DNA of 64,000 nucleotides from Pseudogymnoascus verrucosus (taxonomy: Eukaryota), in assembly GCA_001662655.1 (NCBI GenBank), contig KV460253.1; one strand, 5' to 3'. Shown here one piece after another: positions 1 to 14,444 of the stretch (the first letter of the stretch is position 1; each line of letters opens with the position of its first letter). The position numbers and the translations under genes were made by a program. The notes under the pieces are model-generated. The model was not told the origin of the DNA. It worked only from the letters and a program-made list of their open reading frames with translations, and made no database searches.

Positions 1-724
1 GCACATACACCGGTTTTTGCGCCCACGATTCAGGGGAGGGTTTATGGCGGTGGAAGCGGCAGTGATGGTGTCTTTGCGAATCTGAGCGCCAAGCCCGAGA
101 GAGGCGAGAAGGTGGAGGAACACCCTCCTGTACGTCCACATCCTTTACCAGTCCGAAAACCGATATACTAACAGAGACTAGACATACGAACAGGCCGCCG
201 CAGATGCAGCGCCCCCATACTGGGAAACGACGATTGTCGCCCCCGGATCATACGACCCGAACGAAGTGTACATCGACGGCCTCGCAGTTGGCTCCTTCTT
301 CTCCTTCGCCTGGAACGGCATGATCAGCATGTCCTTCCAGCTCGTCGGTTTCCTCCTCACCTACCTCCTCCACACCACCCACGCCGCCAAGAACGGCTCC
401 CGCGCCGGCCTCGGCGTCACCCTCATCCAGTACGGGTTCTACATGAAGGGTGCCGATGACGGGGACTCAGCGGTACCAGGAGACTCCTCTGGCAACGCGC
501 CGCAGAATCCGGATAACCATGATTTCGAGGCTGGAGAGGGCGGGCTGAATGGCTATGACTGGGCGGCGTATATTCTGATGGTGGTGGGTTGGTTCATTCT
601 CATAAGGGCTATTAGCGACTTTTTACGGGCGAGGAGGCATGAGCAGCTGGTCCTGCAGAGCCCGGATAGGGGGCTTGGGACGGCGGTGGTGGCGGAGGGC
701 GAGGCCCCTGCTACGGCTGTTTAA
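1..724 (+). CDS. BSD2: Bsd2/NDFIP-like metal homeostasis membrane protein (Rsp5 adaptor), 5' partial; intron 130..181
   Basis: Spliced reading DGVFANLSAKPE...EHPP|TYEQAAADAAPPYWETT (PY motifs), then FQLVGFLLTYLLHTTHAAKNGSRAGLG and hydrophobic segments. Intron GTACGT...CTAAC...TAG keeps frame. Confidence 0.88.
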
Positions 725-2272
725 AGGCGTTCTTTTGTTTTACTGGTGTGAGGCTATGGGGTTGGTGGGATAGGGGGGTAATTGTTCATAGATACCATGC
801 CTTAACTGTGATTATTTATTTTGTGTTCAATAGCTTGTGACTTGCTGTGGAATTGTTGCTTTGGGGGGTGAGGGTGCATGGGAGTGGTGATAATTTGAAG
901 AGTATAGCACAGTTAAGCATTGTTCACGTTACTAACAAAACATCTATAAAAGGACGTCCGGTGATGAAGACCTGTCCTTCCAAGCCAAGGCGAGGGCCTA
1001 ATACTCACCATGGAAGGCTTCAGAGAATGAGTTTGTTGCTGATAATGTTACGTGAATAGTTCCTACTTCGTCGACTGGGGGGCTTCTCGCATCTTTCTCG
1101 CCGTGAAGATAAATCTATGCTGTCACCGTGCCACTCTCACCACTGATAGGTTCTTCATGTCGCCCACCTGTCACCCACCTGTCACCCCCAGTCGCAGCCG
1201 TAGGCGACTTACCCAGCTGAGTCCTACAATGCCGGATGGGGGAGGACATGAGGCGTCTAGCCTGGATGGTTGAATTGTCCCAGCGAGCAGAGACTTCATG
1301 CACCGTGGCATTTTCGAACTGGCGAGAAGGGCAGCATCTTGAGTACTCAACTTGGCAGAATAGAAAAGCGCACTTGGTTTAGATGACAGGAACTTGACGC
1401 AGAGTGGGCAGGCGGATTGCTCTATGGTGAGCTTGTCGAGGGGGAAAGGGTCATTATATACTAAATTACTATCAATGCCAATAATGTTGTCTCGCGGCCT
1501 CATAGATTTTGAGACTGCGCATTAAGTTATCCAAGCATAACTAAAAATGAAGTTTATATCAAGTGATATTGTGATATTTTCATTTAAACTGTGTCTGGTT
1601 CCCTTCCAGCGGGTTTTGGTTTCTGTGTCCAACAGCTGCCATGAAATTAAATTATCGGATTTGGCAAGGGCTACGCCACAGTTTCAAAAAATAGAACTCT
1701 TTGTTCCAAATATTCCGCTGTGAGAGTACAAGTTTCTTTGTTCTTGCGTGAGAGTATTCCGGTGTTGGGGTTTCCAAGGGATGATCCAAAATAAAATCGA
1801 ACAATGGCCCCTGCCGCATATTCGCCTATCGCCGTCGACGAGAACGGTCAATGCTTTCCAGTTCACAACAACACACCTTGTCCTCAGAACCCCTCACAAT
1901 ACTCTTTTTGTGCGCTGGGCCATTGGTCCCCGAGGCTCTTGGATCTTTGTTGGGCGTTCTTTATTCTTGCATATTTGGCTATTATAATTGTGTCCCCCCG
2001 AGTATAGCAACTGGAAGTTGCGCATTCATTCTCCAGTGACCCTGCCGGGTGCCAGCAGATCTTCCCTGGTTATTCTCGGAGCTCAGCGACAAACGAATGT
2101 GTAGAGAATAGAGGACTTCACTTTTACTTTTGCTTTTATTATATGAAATATTTGACGAAATTTACAAACCGTGTGTTATAAGTACACTACAATCTCACCT
2201 ACGGAAACTGGAATACATGAGTTCCACAAGGCTCAGGAAAGTGGTTCGCCTATAAATGTGTTTCAACCCACA

Positions 2273-5200
2273 ATGCCCCCATGGATAACTGGCAAGTAAA
2301 CTTACAGCAGACCAAATTGTCCGGCTATAAGCCGCAGATATATATACTAACATGAAATTGCCTACAGAAGACGACGATGAGGATGGCGAACACGGCCATA
2401 TCACCCCACAATTGTCGTTTACACCGCCTTCTCCTGGTGGATCTGACGACTCGGAGCAGGATGATGATCCAAGCCCATCACCGGAGTCTCCTGTGGAAAT
2501 GTCAGACTCCTTCCTCGAGGATGACTCTCTCGTTGAGCTAATTGACACCGCTCTTGATTTACAACCGAAACCACAAAAGAAGGTCCTCCGCCACCTGCGG
2601 CAATCTGAATTCATATACCCGTTATCACGTTATCAAGGCAATGCACCACCGCTTCCCTTGTCCAAGGAGTGGCAAGTGGTGAAGGAATTCCAGGAGTTGG
2701 TAAAACAAGAGAATTCGACTGGGCTTAATGCTTCCTATGGCGATGACAAATTCCTCCAGATCGAACTGTCTCAGTTCTTTATCTATCTGCCAGGAACGAA
2801 TGGCCACCACGCCTACGAGATGACTGGTCTACAGGACCTGATGACTCGAACAGGGAACCCATCGTACTGTTTTGATGGCATATTGAGTGTCGGAGGACAG
2901 AAGAGATATGTGCAGGGCGTTCCGTTCAAGCTTGTTTCGGTTGCTGGGTATGGGATAGAATTCGACGAGGTCGAACATGTATGGATCAAGTCATGCGCAA
3001 ACTCAAGATCGAATGTCTACTACCGACTGAAGGACCCTCACCCACACTATAAGAGATACCATGATGGGTACCTGTGGCTGGCCAATCTATCGAAGCACTT
3101 TGTCGACTACGCTCTGGAGGTTGCCGAATCGGGTGGTAAAGTGTCTATCCACAACTTCAGACACGATTTTGCAGATTGGATGGACAAGGAACACGACGAG
3201 TCGGTCTCATTCCAGGAGTGGTTAAAAAAACATAGTGGTCGAGATTTCCGGTCGGCGCTCACGTCCAATATTGATTTCGTCGCCAAAGACGCCATTGGAA
3301 CATATATGTTGGACGACTTGGACATATGGGCTGAAGTAAAATACAAGACAGCCATTCCGTTTCATCAGCCGAAGGAAACTATGACAGTCGTCACCCCGTA
3401 TGTGTATGACTGCTTCGAGCATATGAAATTCGCCAGCCATCTGAAGAAGGTCCATCCATCCACTCAAAGCCAGATTCGCCGCGAGTCTCAGGGAAATGCG
3501 CTGCATCTCACCTTGGATGCAGAGTTCACCGAAGAGAACCTTGACTTGCAAGCTCAGACAAGCATCACTCCGACTGCCAAGTCTCTCAGAGTGAAAAGGT
3601 CATTACAACAGTTCTGTTCGAGGCCATTCAGCATTAGATCTATTTCTGTTGGCGATGTCCTCGGAGTGAAGACAGATGGAGTTGGTAGTAGCTGGAAAGA
3701 CGAGGAAAGCCAGTGGAAAGAACCAGATGAGTGCTGGTATGTTTACGTCCAAGGGGTTCACACCACCCAGAGCGGAAACCGGTCATTCCATGTTCTTTGG
3801 CTATACAGACCAGCCGATACAGCCTGTGCGCTGATGAAGTACCCACACGACGACGAGCTCTTTCTTTCGGATAATTGCAGCTGCAGCACTTCTCGGATAT
3901 CGGAGGACGAAGTTCTCTGCAAGGTCTCTGTCGCCTGGAATGGTAGTCCAGGCCAAACCGAAGCAGACTTCTTTATTCGGCAAACCTATCAGGGCGACAA
4001 CTCGTTTGTTACATTTAAGGAAGAGCACAAACAATGCGAGCATTTGGCCGTCGATGTTACCACCCCCATAGAAAAACTCGCAGAGCAGTACACAATTGGC
4101 GACACTGTCCTTGTTAATCCCAAAGGATGCTTCAAGTCAAACTTCGGCCTGGAGCCATGTGAGATTGTAGGGTTTGTGCAAGGGAGAATAAGTTTTGTTA
4201 GAGTCCGGAGGCTGCTACGGCGCCACGAGATCGAAGATGACACGCTTGCAAGACCAAACGAACTGGTATATAGTAACGATATGGCCAGCATTGACGCCAA
4301 CGAAGTTGATCGTAGGTGCTTTGTGCGCTTTTACAACCAGAGCCAGGTCATAAATAAAGAGGTCCCTGCCCCTTACTGCCGTGACGGCACTGGCGATATG
4401 TTCTATATCGCAACCCGTCTAGTGAGGCTAGATGATAAAAACCACCTGAGAGAGATTGATTCAACCAGCCGGCCACAATCACTAATCCAAGGTTTCGATC
4501 CTACACAGCCTCCACCATTCCGACGCCTGCGTGGTCTGGATATGTTCTGTGGCGGAGGGAATTTTGCCAGAGGTCTTGAAGAGGGGGGTGCGATTAAGTT
4601 CACCCATGCAGTCGATATGGCGCCAAACGCGATTGCCACCTATTATGCCAACGCCGAAGATCCAAAGACAACCCAATTCTTTTGTGGCTCTGTTGACGAC
4701 ATGCTTATTAAAGCCTTGAGTGGTAACGCAGAAGGAGCACCAGAGATACCATTGCCGGGGGACGTCGATTTCATCGCAGCAGGTAGTCCTTGTGTTGGAT
4801 ATTCAATCCTCAACCCAAACAAAGACTCGCCTCAGGGCCTAAAAAACCAATCCCTCATTGCTGATGTGGCGTCGATGATTGATTTTTACCGACCCAAATA
4901 CGCATTGTTGGAGAATGTTCTAACAATGGCGCAGAAAGGCAAAGGAAGAAGTCGTGATTCTCTGTCTCAGCTCATTTGCTGTATTGTTGGTATGGGGTAT
5001 CAACTCCAGGTCTACGTTTTGGACGCATGGAGCTTTGGGAGTCCGCAGGGTAGAAGCCGTCTTTTCGTCTCTGTTGCAGCCCCTGGATTTAAGCTGCCAC
5101 CACGTCCTGAATGTTCTCATTCTCATCCAAACGGCACGAGTGATCGTGGTTTAGGGACGATGGCGAATGGAAAGGCATTTGGCGAAAGATTGTTCGTGGA

Positions 5201-7001
5201 GACTCCATTTAAGTTTGTTTCTGCTGCTGAAGCTACCGAGCACTTACCAGACATTGGTGATGGTCACCCAGGCCACTGCTCCCAGTATCCAGACCATCGC
5301 CCATCGAGAAGCCCGAGAGAAACGCTGAGACAACACATGAACATCATTCCCTTCAGCCCCCCTGGTATGAACTTTATCAAAACATGGAAGAATCGACATA
5401 TCACCGGTATGACCCAGCACGACTACGAAAATTTCAATACCGTAACGAAGAAAGGGAAACAGCGGCATAGTGCAATGGACTTTTCGAGGGCCTACGGACG
5501 CATAGTTCCCACCTCTCTGTTTTCAACTATTGTCACCAGCTGCTCGCCCGAGAATGCCCGCTCTGGCCGTGTCCTCCACTGGAGCCAGCCACGCCTGCTT
5601 ACAACCGAGGAGGCGAAAATAGCACAGGGGTTCGTGCAGGGGGACGCCTTGACCGGAACTCGTGGCGAGCAGTATAAAATTACTGGCAATAGTGTTGCGC
5701 GTACTGTTGCGCTGGCTCAGGGTCTCTCTTATAGAGAGGTCTGGCTTAAAAATTGTCCTGAAGAAGATGATACGGGCGAACTCCCTGTTGCTGAACAGAT
5801 CCAGAAGCAAATCTTTGCTGACATGATGATATATGATGACCGAGCCGGGTTGACAGTCATGCCTGACCCACACTCTTCCTCCGGGTCTGAAGATCGGTAC
5901 TGTCAGGCGTTAGACAAACTTAAGCTCACCTCTCCTGCGAAAACAGACGAGGACAGTTCATCACGGACCAGTTCAACGTCCGGGGTCTCACAGAACCCAC
6001 GCACGCCGTCCAAGAAGTCAAGCAAGGCCACCATGCGCGGCCCTGGCAACCTCTTAACTCCCCAAACTACTCACAAGCGCCACATTATCCAAGACGACAC
6101 CCCAATCAGCCCAACAACTCCACCCCCCTCCCTACCAAAATCCCGCTTTCCGCCCACCGTCGCTGCGCGTCTCGGCGTAGACGTTGCAGCTGTACGTGCT
6201 GAGCACGCGATGGAACAGGCCGCAAAGCGGAAGGCTGAGCAAGTTGCAGATGCGTCACGATTTTCGATATGGAAGGCCATAGAAGAAGCGTTTGGGACTG
6301 AAGAGGAGACTTCGCGGGCGGGGAATGTATCGAAGGCTAAGCGCACGCCGTTACCAGTGAGAGCGCCGGCGAGGGCTGCGGTGGCGGATGAAAGTAAGCC
6401 GTTGTCAGCGAGAAGAAGATGGAAAATCGCTTTTTTGAAGAATCGTATGGCATCGACTGGGGAGGGTATAAGACGCCCGGATGAAGGTTTCAATTTGTGG
6501 CCTACTCCACGGGCTACAAGAAGTGGAAATATACGGGGGCAGATGCAAAGTACGGCTAGGAGCACTTTCCAACCAGCAAAAGCGCCAGATGGCGCCTCTG
6601 AGGATCAGACGTCTAAGAAGAGGAAGACAACCGCTGGTGATTCTGATTTGGCGAGCACGGCTCAAACTAGAATACAGACTGCAAAGACACCAGACGTCAC
6701 ATCTGATGAACAGAGACCTAAAAGGAGGAAGACGACCGGCGGCAATATCTCTACTCCAAGAACCCAACCAAGTGCAGCACACGCACCAAGACCAAGACAG
6801 CCGAGGGCAAAAACTCAGTTCGTCATTGACCTAACAGGGGACAGTGACGTAGAGAGGAGGGGGAACCGGCAGAGGCAGGTGTACGTCCCGGTTGACAACT
6901 CGATGTTTGGGGCTTATGAGATGACGTACAATTCGTCGATGGTGGGGATGCGAGACCCGGCGGTTGTGGTGGATGGTGTGAATGGACCGTTTGCTTATTG
7001 A
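2273..7001 (+). CDS. dim-2: DIM-2-type DNA (cytosine-5) methyltransferase with BAH-like domains. Probable 19-nt exon 2273..2291 plus GC-AG intron 2292..2367; alternative start 2352
   Basis: 1549-aa ORF with C5-MTase motifs in order: I (DMFCGGG), IV (AAGSPC), VI (LLENV), VIII (PQGRSR), X (TGNSV). BAH-like segments lie upstream (LWLYRPADT...ELFLSDNC). Confidence 0.9.
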
Positions 7002-7182
7002 GAGTTGTGAGTATGGGGTGTTTTTGGGGAATTATGTGCGGCGGTGGATATACCAAGGAAGGGAGGAGGATGGGGCGTCTGGTTAGGAATTAAATATACT
7101 CTGAGAGACACTATCGTCACGAGTCCATCTCTTACGCTCCTACACGTCTATTCCCCTGTCTAAAAATCTAGATATACACCCA

Positions 7183-8542
7183 TCACGCCGCCTCCACCGC
7201 TCCCTCCCCCCCGGCCCCCTTCCAAAACCCCCTCACAGCCTCCCTACAATGCTCCTCCAAATCAACTCCCCAAATCCACCTAACCCTCCCATCCAACGCC
7301 TCCCTCAACTTCTCCAGATCCCCACCCACCCCTTCCCCCCTCATATCCAGAATCTTCCCCTGCGCCCTGCTCTCCCTAACCACCGCCTGCGTCCTCGGCA
7401 CGCGCACGGCGTCGTAGGCGCGGAAGGCCCGCTGGATGTCAGAAGGGCCGTCGCAGAGGGGGAGGAGGCTAGAGAGCACGAGCGCGTCTTCGAGGGCCAT
7501 GCCGGCACCGGCGCCGAAGTGGGGGGTTGATGCGTGCGCGGCGTCGCCGAGGAGGGCGAGGTGCTGGTTGTGGTAGGTGGTGGTGGGGGGGTGTTCGTAG
7601 AGGGCCCAGACGTCTGGGGATTTGAGGAGCTGGGGGGGGGGTTAGCTTCTGTATTGATATGGGGATAGGGGAAAGGAGAGGTAGGAATCGGGGGGGTTAT
7701 ACCTTTATAATCCCACTAGGCGCAGCGCCCCAACCTGCGAAATCCTTCTCCATAGCCTCCTTCTGATCCTGCTTCACCCACGGCCCATCCCACTCCTTCT
7801 CGGCCCCATGAAAAGCGACGATATTCATAATATTCCCCTTCGCCACCGGAAACGTAAGGATATGTCCATTGTCCCCAAGATACATCTGTCTATTCCTCGC
7901 CTTCTCCTCTCCCAGTTCCGCAACCGCCTCATCCATAGGAATCAACCCACGGTATGCATACGCGCCCGTAAACCGCGGTTGCAGCGCCGCATCATCGCCT
8001 ACGACGAAGGCGCGACAGGCGCTGCGGATCCCATCTGCCCCTATCACTGCGTCGGCGCGCGCGTCCGTGCCGTCTGCGAAGAGGATCCGCACCTGCTCAC
8101 CGGCGGGCTGCTCGATGGAGACTACGCGCTTACTCATCTCCGCCACGCCCTCGGGCAGGAACTTAACCAGCTCCTCCAAGAAATGCGCGCGGTGCACTGT
8201 ACTCTGCGTCTCCTCGCTATCCATCAGCACCTCAATGATCCTCTTCCCCTCCTCCGGCCCAGCGCCGACATTGAAATCGAACCAAGTCCTCGACTTGGAC
8301 GCCCAGCCATTAAAAGTCGCGCGCGTGCGGTAGCGCTCCCACAGCTGGGGGGAGATGAGTTGGATTGCCTTGTGGCTGTTTGCACCGAAGCCGACGCCGG
8401 CGCCGATTTCGCCGAAGGCGGAGGCGGATTCATAGATTGTGAATGTGATGTGGGGGGAGGAGAGGAGGCCGATGGCGAGGGCGAGGCCGCCGAGGCCGCC
8501 GCCGCAGATGGCGAGGTGGATGGGCTTTGGGGGGGGAGGCAT
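7183..8542 (-). CDS. FAD-dependent monooxygenase, salicylate hydroxylase-like; intron 7630..7702
   Basis: Flavoprotein fingerprints ICGGGLGG, IGADGIRS and (exon 2) LLGDAAHASTPHFGAGAGMALED. GTATAA...CTAAC...CAG intron joins ORFs 7697..8683 and 7183..7500 in frame. Confidence 0.92.
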
Positions 8543-10477
8543 GGCTGGAGGGTGTTGGAGAGAGGTGAGAGGAGGTGGAGAGATGGGAGGAGGGGAAGAG
8601 GGGGATAAGGGGGGGAGCTTGGGATGGAGTGAACCCCTCCCCCGCAGTGTGGGATCTGTTCTCACAGCACCTGCAACCCCCACTACTTCACGTGTGTGTC
8701 CCTTGCTTGATGCAACCCCAAATATCCCGCCTTCAGTGGCCGGCCCTCTGCCCTAGCTGTACAGAGTTGGTAATCAGCCCCCCAGCCCCAGGAGCGCCTC
8801 TAATTCCAATCCACTCCCACATCCGCTCCCACTCCCAGCACCAGCCGTTGTCACCCAATTCACCCGCCGCCCTCCCATGTCATTGGTTTCAGCCCAGCAC
8901 CACTATCAGACAGGCACTCAAGCCACCTCTATACGAAGTACGAGACCCGACCCCTGAACCGGATTCACAGGGCTACTTGCCGCAGACCAGCGTTCACAGT
9001 CAGTCTCCACCACCGCCCCATCAATCCACCCCCCGATCGATCATCCTCCCACTCCCCCATTCCCCCACGGAAGCCAACCCCCTCCCGCGCCCGCGCCCCT
9101 CATCCCTCCCTCCACCTCCCCGATCCGACCATCCTCATTTTCGTAAAGATAGCCCATCACCTCCCCACTCTCCGCCGTCGTTCCTCGTACCTGCAATTAA
9201 CCTCACTAAACCCACCCCCACCCCATCCCCTACACAGATCCCAGCCACATCCACCTCTCCGCCCCGTCCCTTCGCTCTAACCCATAAGACACTAGCGCAT
9301 CCATCACATCTGCGCGCTTGGACTATACCCTTGACGCCCCCACCCAGTACTCTAACCACTCCATGAACGCTCCAACGCCCCCCCGACCCGATCACGGCAC
9401 CACCACCCACAGCGAATTTAGATTTCGGTGGAACAGCGGCATGTAGCGCCGTCGGGGCGCCGTGGCTAACTTGCATACATAGGCGTCTCCTACGCACGGA
9501 GGTCTCGCGGGATCGGGAACGGACGGCTACAGGCGCTAACGCTGACGCCAGTAATAGTCCGAGCTAGGTGCCAAAACAGCACTAGAGGAGAGACATGGGG
9601 ATGCCTGCGCTCCGCTGGCTGTTGATATGCAGACTTGCGGGGCGTGTTGTTGGATGTTGGTTTTTGGAGATTGCTCTGTGGACAGAGATGCTCCAAAGTG
9701 CAGGGGATGGGTGTTCTGTATATTGCGCTTCGGAGGAGGGGGCGGAATCGGGGAGGTTTTTCCACACGTGCGTTGAGAGGGTGGGAGAGAGGGAGAGGGA
9801 GAAGGAGCGGCAGTGGGAGAGATGGTTTTGTGGTGGTTTGGGGAAGGAGGAGGAGGAGGAGTGTCACGTGGTAGGTTGGTGAGAGTTTGAGACTCGAGGG
9901 CTTTCGCTCGGTTTTCCCCCGGTGGCCCCCCCCATGTAGGATTTGACTATGCGACGATGCGACGATACGACGCTGTACCCTGTTCTCATCCTGGGAAAGA
10001 ACGTTCTTACGACTTCTACCTATTGGGATATCGCGGCTGCACTCCCTCCGGTCTGGAATCTTCCGTGTGTGTTGAGCCTCCAATGCTGGCTTTGCGGGGA
10101 TAATCATGGGTTGGAGTCTTTGAGGGGGCATATGCGGTGTAACGTCGTTATAACGAACCTGTGGAGTATTGAGAAGGTTGGGTTCATGGGATTATAGAGA
10201 TGCGGACCGGTGATGGTTTGTATGAGAACAATAGGTGGGTTTCTGTACAACGAGCACTTAGGCTCCTACACATACCGGTTTGTTGCTCTTATAACGAGGA
10301 CTTCATCGTGATACATACAACCTATCAACCTATGAGTTCGGTATTTCTGAAGACGCGAGGGGTATATAACGTTCCTTTTCTGTTTTACAATACTCCCCTA
10401 TACCTCCTCCAATGCCAAATTACCATGCGCTAAATAAATACTTTGACAAACAACACACAACCCCCCCAAAGCCCAAC

Positions 10478-12134
10478 TTAGAACCCATACCTAAACGACG
10501 GGTGATCATCCCCCAAATTATCCTTCTCATCCCCCTCCAACAAATGATCCCTCTTCCCCGCATCCCTCTGCTTATTCTCCCACCACATACCTCCAACGTA
10601 CCCCGTCGCCATCACCATCGCCGCGCACACCAGGCCAAGGTTGACGCGGTATCCCATATCGTAGAACGGTGCCTGGCTGCCCTGGAAGGTGAGGGAGGAG
10701 ATAATACCGCCCATGTTCCCGAGACCCATCTCAAACCCGACAGCGAAAGCGATCTTGTACGATCCAGAGCAGTTGTTGACCAACAGCGTCCATAGTTGAG
10801 GCACGCTGATGTAGCCACCGATGGAGATGAGGTACAGCGCTGCGTAGCGGGCGTTGACGGATACGTGGCGCTGGTTGATCATGATAACGAGTCCGATCAA
10901 TGTGAGCATCCAGCCGAACATGGCGAATGCGTAGCGATGGCGGAGCTTGTCGGAGGCGTAGGAGACGGCGAGCGTGGCGGCGCCGGAGGCGATGAAGATG
11001 GGGATGACGAGGGCTTGGATGTGGCGCACCGAGGCGGTGGGGTCGAATTGCTTGACGATGGTTGGGGCGAAGAGGTTGATGGAGTAGACGGCTACGATAG
11101 AGCAGATAAACATGAGGGTGCTATACGTAGTTAGTAGGTGTATGTAGGTAATAGTTTATAGGGGGCTAGGAAACGTACCAGATCCAGATCTTCCAGTCCA
11201 GGAGGATACGGCGCATTGCCTTTCCGTCGAGACGGTCCATGGATCCCACGGTGCCGTCGCCGCGGATTTTGGCCTTGAGGATGGCGCGCTCGGTGTCGGA
11301 GAGCCATTTGGCTGTCTCGGGCCAGTCGGACATGAGGAAATATGCGACGAGGGTGCAACCAGCTGTCATGCTGCCTTCGATGATGAAGATCCTGTAATTA
11401 TTAGAGAGGCCGTCTAAAGTGTGCATGTCACGGGGAACTCACCAGCGCCAGCTCTTGTAGCCATTAGAGGAGTGGATGTCAGCGATGGCGAGGGCCAGAA
11501 GGCCACCGAAGGCACTTGAAATCGCGTTGCCGACCATGAGCATGTTGAGACGCCATTGCAGCTCATATCGGGGATAGTACTGGCTAAGGAGCAGGACGCT
11601 TCCGGGGATCAGACCAGCTTCGAAGATGCCGACGAAGAAACGCATGGCGACTAGGCCGCCCCAATTGGTGATCAGACCTTGGCCGATTGTGAAGATACCT
11701 AGGTTATATTAGAGACAGGGTGAGACATTGGAGGATAGTTGAAGCTCACCAAGTAAAAGAGTCTCAGCGCACAACACTGCCCGCGGGCTGACGCGCTTCA
11801 TGAGGTAATTGCTAGGCACCTCAAACCCAACGAGGCCAATGAAGATGACCACAAGAGCAACATTGAACTGGTTGCTCTTGGGGTTCATATGCAGGTCCTT
11901 CTCGAGGCCTTGGATTTTGGCATTGCCAATGTTGACGCGGTCAATCAGCGAGCAGAACCAAAGAGCCCATAGCGGAGGAAGCAAGTGAAGATCCAACTTC
12001 CAGATCAATTTGCGATACTGGAAGGGCGTGAGGACGGGGACATCTGAGTTGACTGAGAGGGTCTCAGAGGATGTTGGGGACGAAGGCTTCGCGGAATCTG
12101 CAGCAACCACTGGGGATTTTTCGAGGTCTGACAT
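10478..12134 (-). CDS. MFS transporter, Dal5/Tna1 (anion:cation symporter) family; 3 introns at about 11699..11749, 11392..11442 and 11121..11177
   Basis: Motifs WKLDLHLLP, DRVNIGNAKIQGL, RFFVGIFEAG, WRWIFIIEG, SDKLRHR and C-terminal LGDDHPSFRY across four ORF pieces separated by canonical introns. Confidence 0.92.
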
Positions 12135-14444
12135 CGCGAAGGATCTGCGCTCACTGACGCAAGGAGTGATGGGTAAAGAACGTTATAGGTTATGCTTTGT
12201 GATGTTGTGCGAAGGAAGGGGTAGATGTATTTGCGTAACGCGCACAGTCCTCGTGGGTGCCACGTTTTTGGCTCCTGTCTGACCTGCCAAACGAGTGTGA
12301 GGTGCGGAATGTTTTGAAGCCAATATGAGGGATGTGTCAAAGGGGATTGAAAAAGAACGGGACCAGCTGACGGGGCGCGCAAGACGGCATCGAGTGTATC
12401 ACGGCAGCGTTCTATTGCCTTTCCGGTACCATGGTAAACATGGACACTTTGGCTTTAGCTGGGATCAGCCACAATAATGGCAGGAAGTCAATTTTACGGG
12501 AGTTGCATTGTGGTGGCCAGATTGGTCCTTGGAGGGGGGTGCATCGGCGGAGACCTCCGTTCTGATAGTCCAGAGCACGCATCGCTGCAGAGTAGTATGG
12601 ACGTGCAGGCCCATTCGCAAGGTTTCCTCCAATGGAGTTAATTGCATTGTCTTCGCTGAACTGGAGGGAACGGTTTCAGGGTTAAAATCCCAAGGTCAAG
12701 GAGTGCCATCCATCCTGGAGCAGGAATATAGCATGGGTTGTTGTGAGAACCCACCCCCACTCTGCGCTCTGCACGCAGAATACAGGGACCCTGGCCGACG
12801 ACAAGTCCGTCCGTCGCTGTATTCTTCAATAAAATTACGTGCCGGTAGCCGTATCCATGGGCACTGGGAAGAAAGCTGGCCACGAAGCAATCCGCCGCTT
12901 TTGAATCGTAGGAAAACTACACGTCCTGTGATCGACCTTCGCTGTCTCTTGCAGCTTGCACAGTGCGCGGGCGATGACAAGTCCTACGATGATCAGCCCC
13001 TGATTAACAACTTCTCGGCTGAATGAGTTAATTACTGGCAGAGTGAAGAATTTGCATTTCCCTTCTCAACGCCGACTGGGGAGTTCTGAATCGTGACAAT
13101 AACAATAACAGGGGCGTTCGTAAGTGATGAAGTGGGTTTTCGTGGGTTTTTTGGTCCACTTTGGCGCAGTAGTCGCTCAGCTAGCCACACAGACAGCGGC
13201 TCGAAAGCCACAAGCAAATTCACAAGCAATCGTTGGCATTATAAGCGGCGACGATCCTGGTCCTGGCTAAAGTGTCCACTTACCACTGTGTATTACTGTG
13301 TTGATAAATCCACTCCCCTCTATTCTGCCGCCGCGTGTCGTATAATCTCTCCGGCGGTCGGATTCATGTCAACATTAACTTTCTTCGGAGGATTTCTTCA
13401 CAATGCAATGCACTCCGCACACACGGTTAGTGTAAGTATTTGTTTAGAAACCTTCACAGGTAAGGTTATACAGCATGTGACTGATCATGCCGCCGGGACG
13501 GCAATGCTTCAATGGCCTGTTCGTCACAGCTACAGCGCGTGTGCCCGATAGAGTGAGTGCCTCTCATTGGAAAGCCATATGTTCCTTTCTTCCTTCTCAT
13601 TCACCTGTTGGCTCTATAGTGCCAATGCAATCTCTGGTGAACGCATCCGAAGATGAATGTCTCAAAATAGTCAAGGGTTACCCCGGTACGCCGACAAGGC
13701 AGCTTCGCGGCCCTGTGGCTTCCTGCCATTGTTGTCCTCGGCCACCAGCCTATCAAATTCCCTTCTATTGATTCCCTCTCCTACTTTTCTCACCACAGAC
13801 GCCAGTCCATCTTCAGCCCGGAAGCAACGATGCAGTGCCCGCCCCACTACTCGGTGACCAGCCATACGGGCCACGGAGTGTCTCGAGTTGTTTCCATCGC
13901 ACAAGCCAGGGATGTCTCCAATGAGCCTCGATCGGCCCCTTTTACTTCTCCTTTCGCTTTGATCTCCCATCCCAGTTTTGACAGGCTCCACTGGCGATAT
14001 AGTTGAGTATCGCAGGGATCGCGGGTTTCTCCTTGTGCAACGATGTCGATACAGATGCATGGCGGAACTCCTAAGTACCCTCGTTCTAACGCGGACCGAG
14101 CAGGCCACCACCGGGTTTACTCCTCATCGGTCGGTGTGATCCGGAGTAGAACGCAGGAACAGCTTAGATTTTGTTGTTGCCATCCTGTGAACGCTCGTTA
14201 ATTTCCAAAAACGAGCACGCGGAGGTGGAAGCAAGGGTTCGCTAAACCGTGAACCAACCTTCCATATATTGAGGTCACGCACAAATGGATACTTGAGCCC
14301 GCCATATCCACCCTTTAAGCTTCAGCGCCTCGCCTTGGGGAGATCTTGGTCATATCAGATCCCACTGAGACACCTCTGGAATCGTCTTTAACTTCGAGGT
14401 CTCGCTCCTTCTTTTCTTCTAGTCGTTAAAGCAGCACACTTATC

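Noticed and set aside
9410..9575. GATTTCGGTGGAAC, resembling the conserved region I of fungal RNase P RNA
   Set aside because: The preceding GGGAA is absent and no convincing 3' P4/CR-V partner or P1 stem was found. Needs cmscan to exclude fully.
8575..10200. Pro-rich or Gly-rich ORFs in the monooxygenase-MFS spacer, and antisense ORFs overlapping real genes throughout the window
   Set aside because: Explained by stop-poor C/G-skewed sequence and antisense shadows of biased codons; no recognisable domains.
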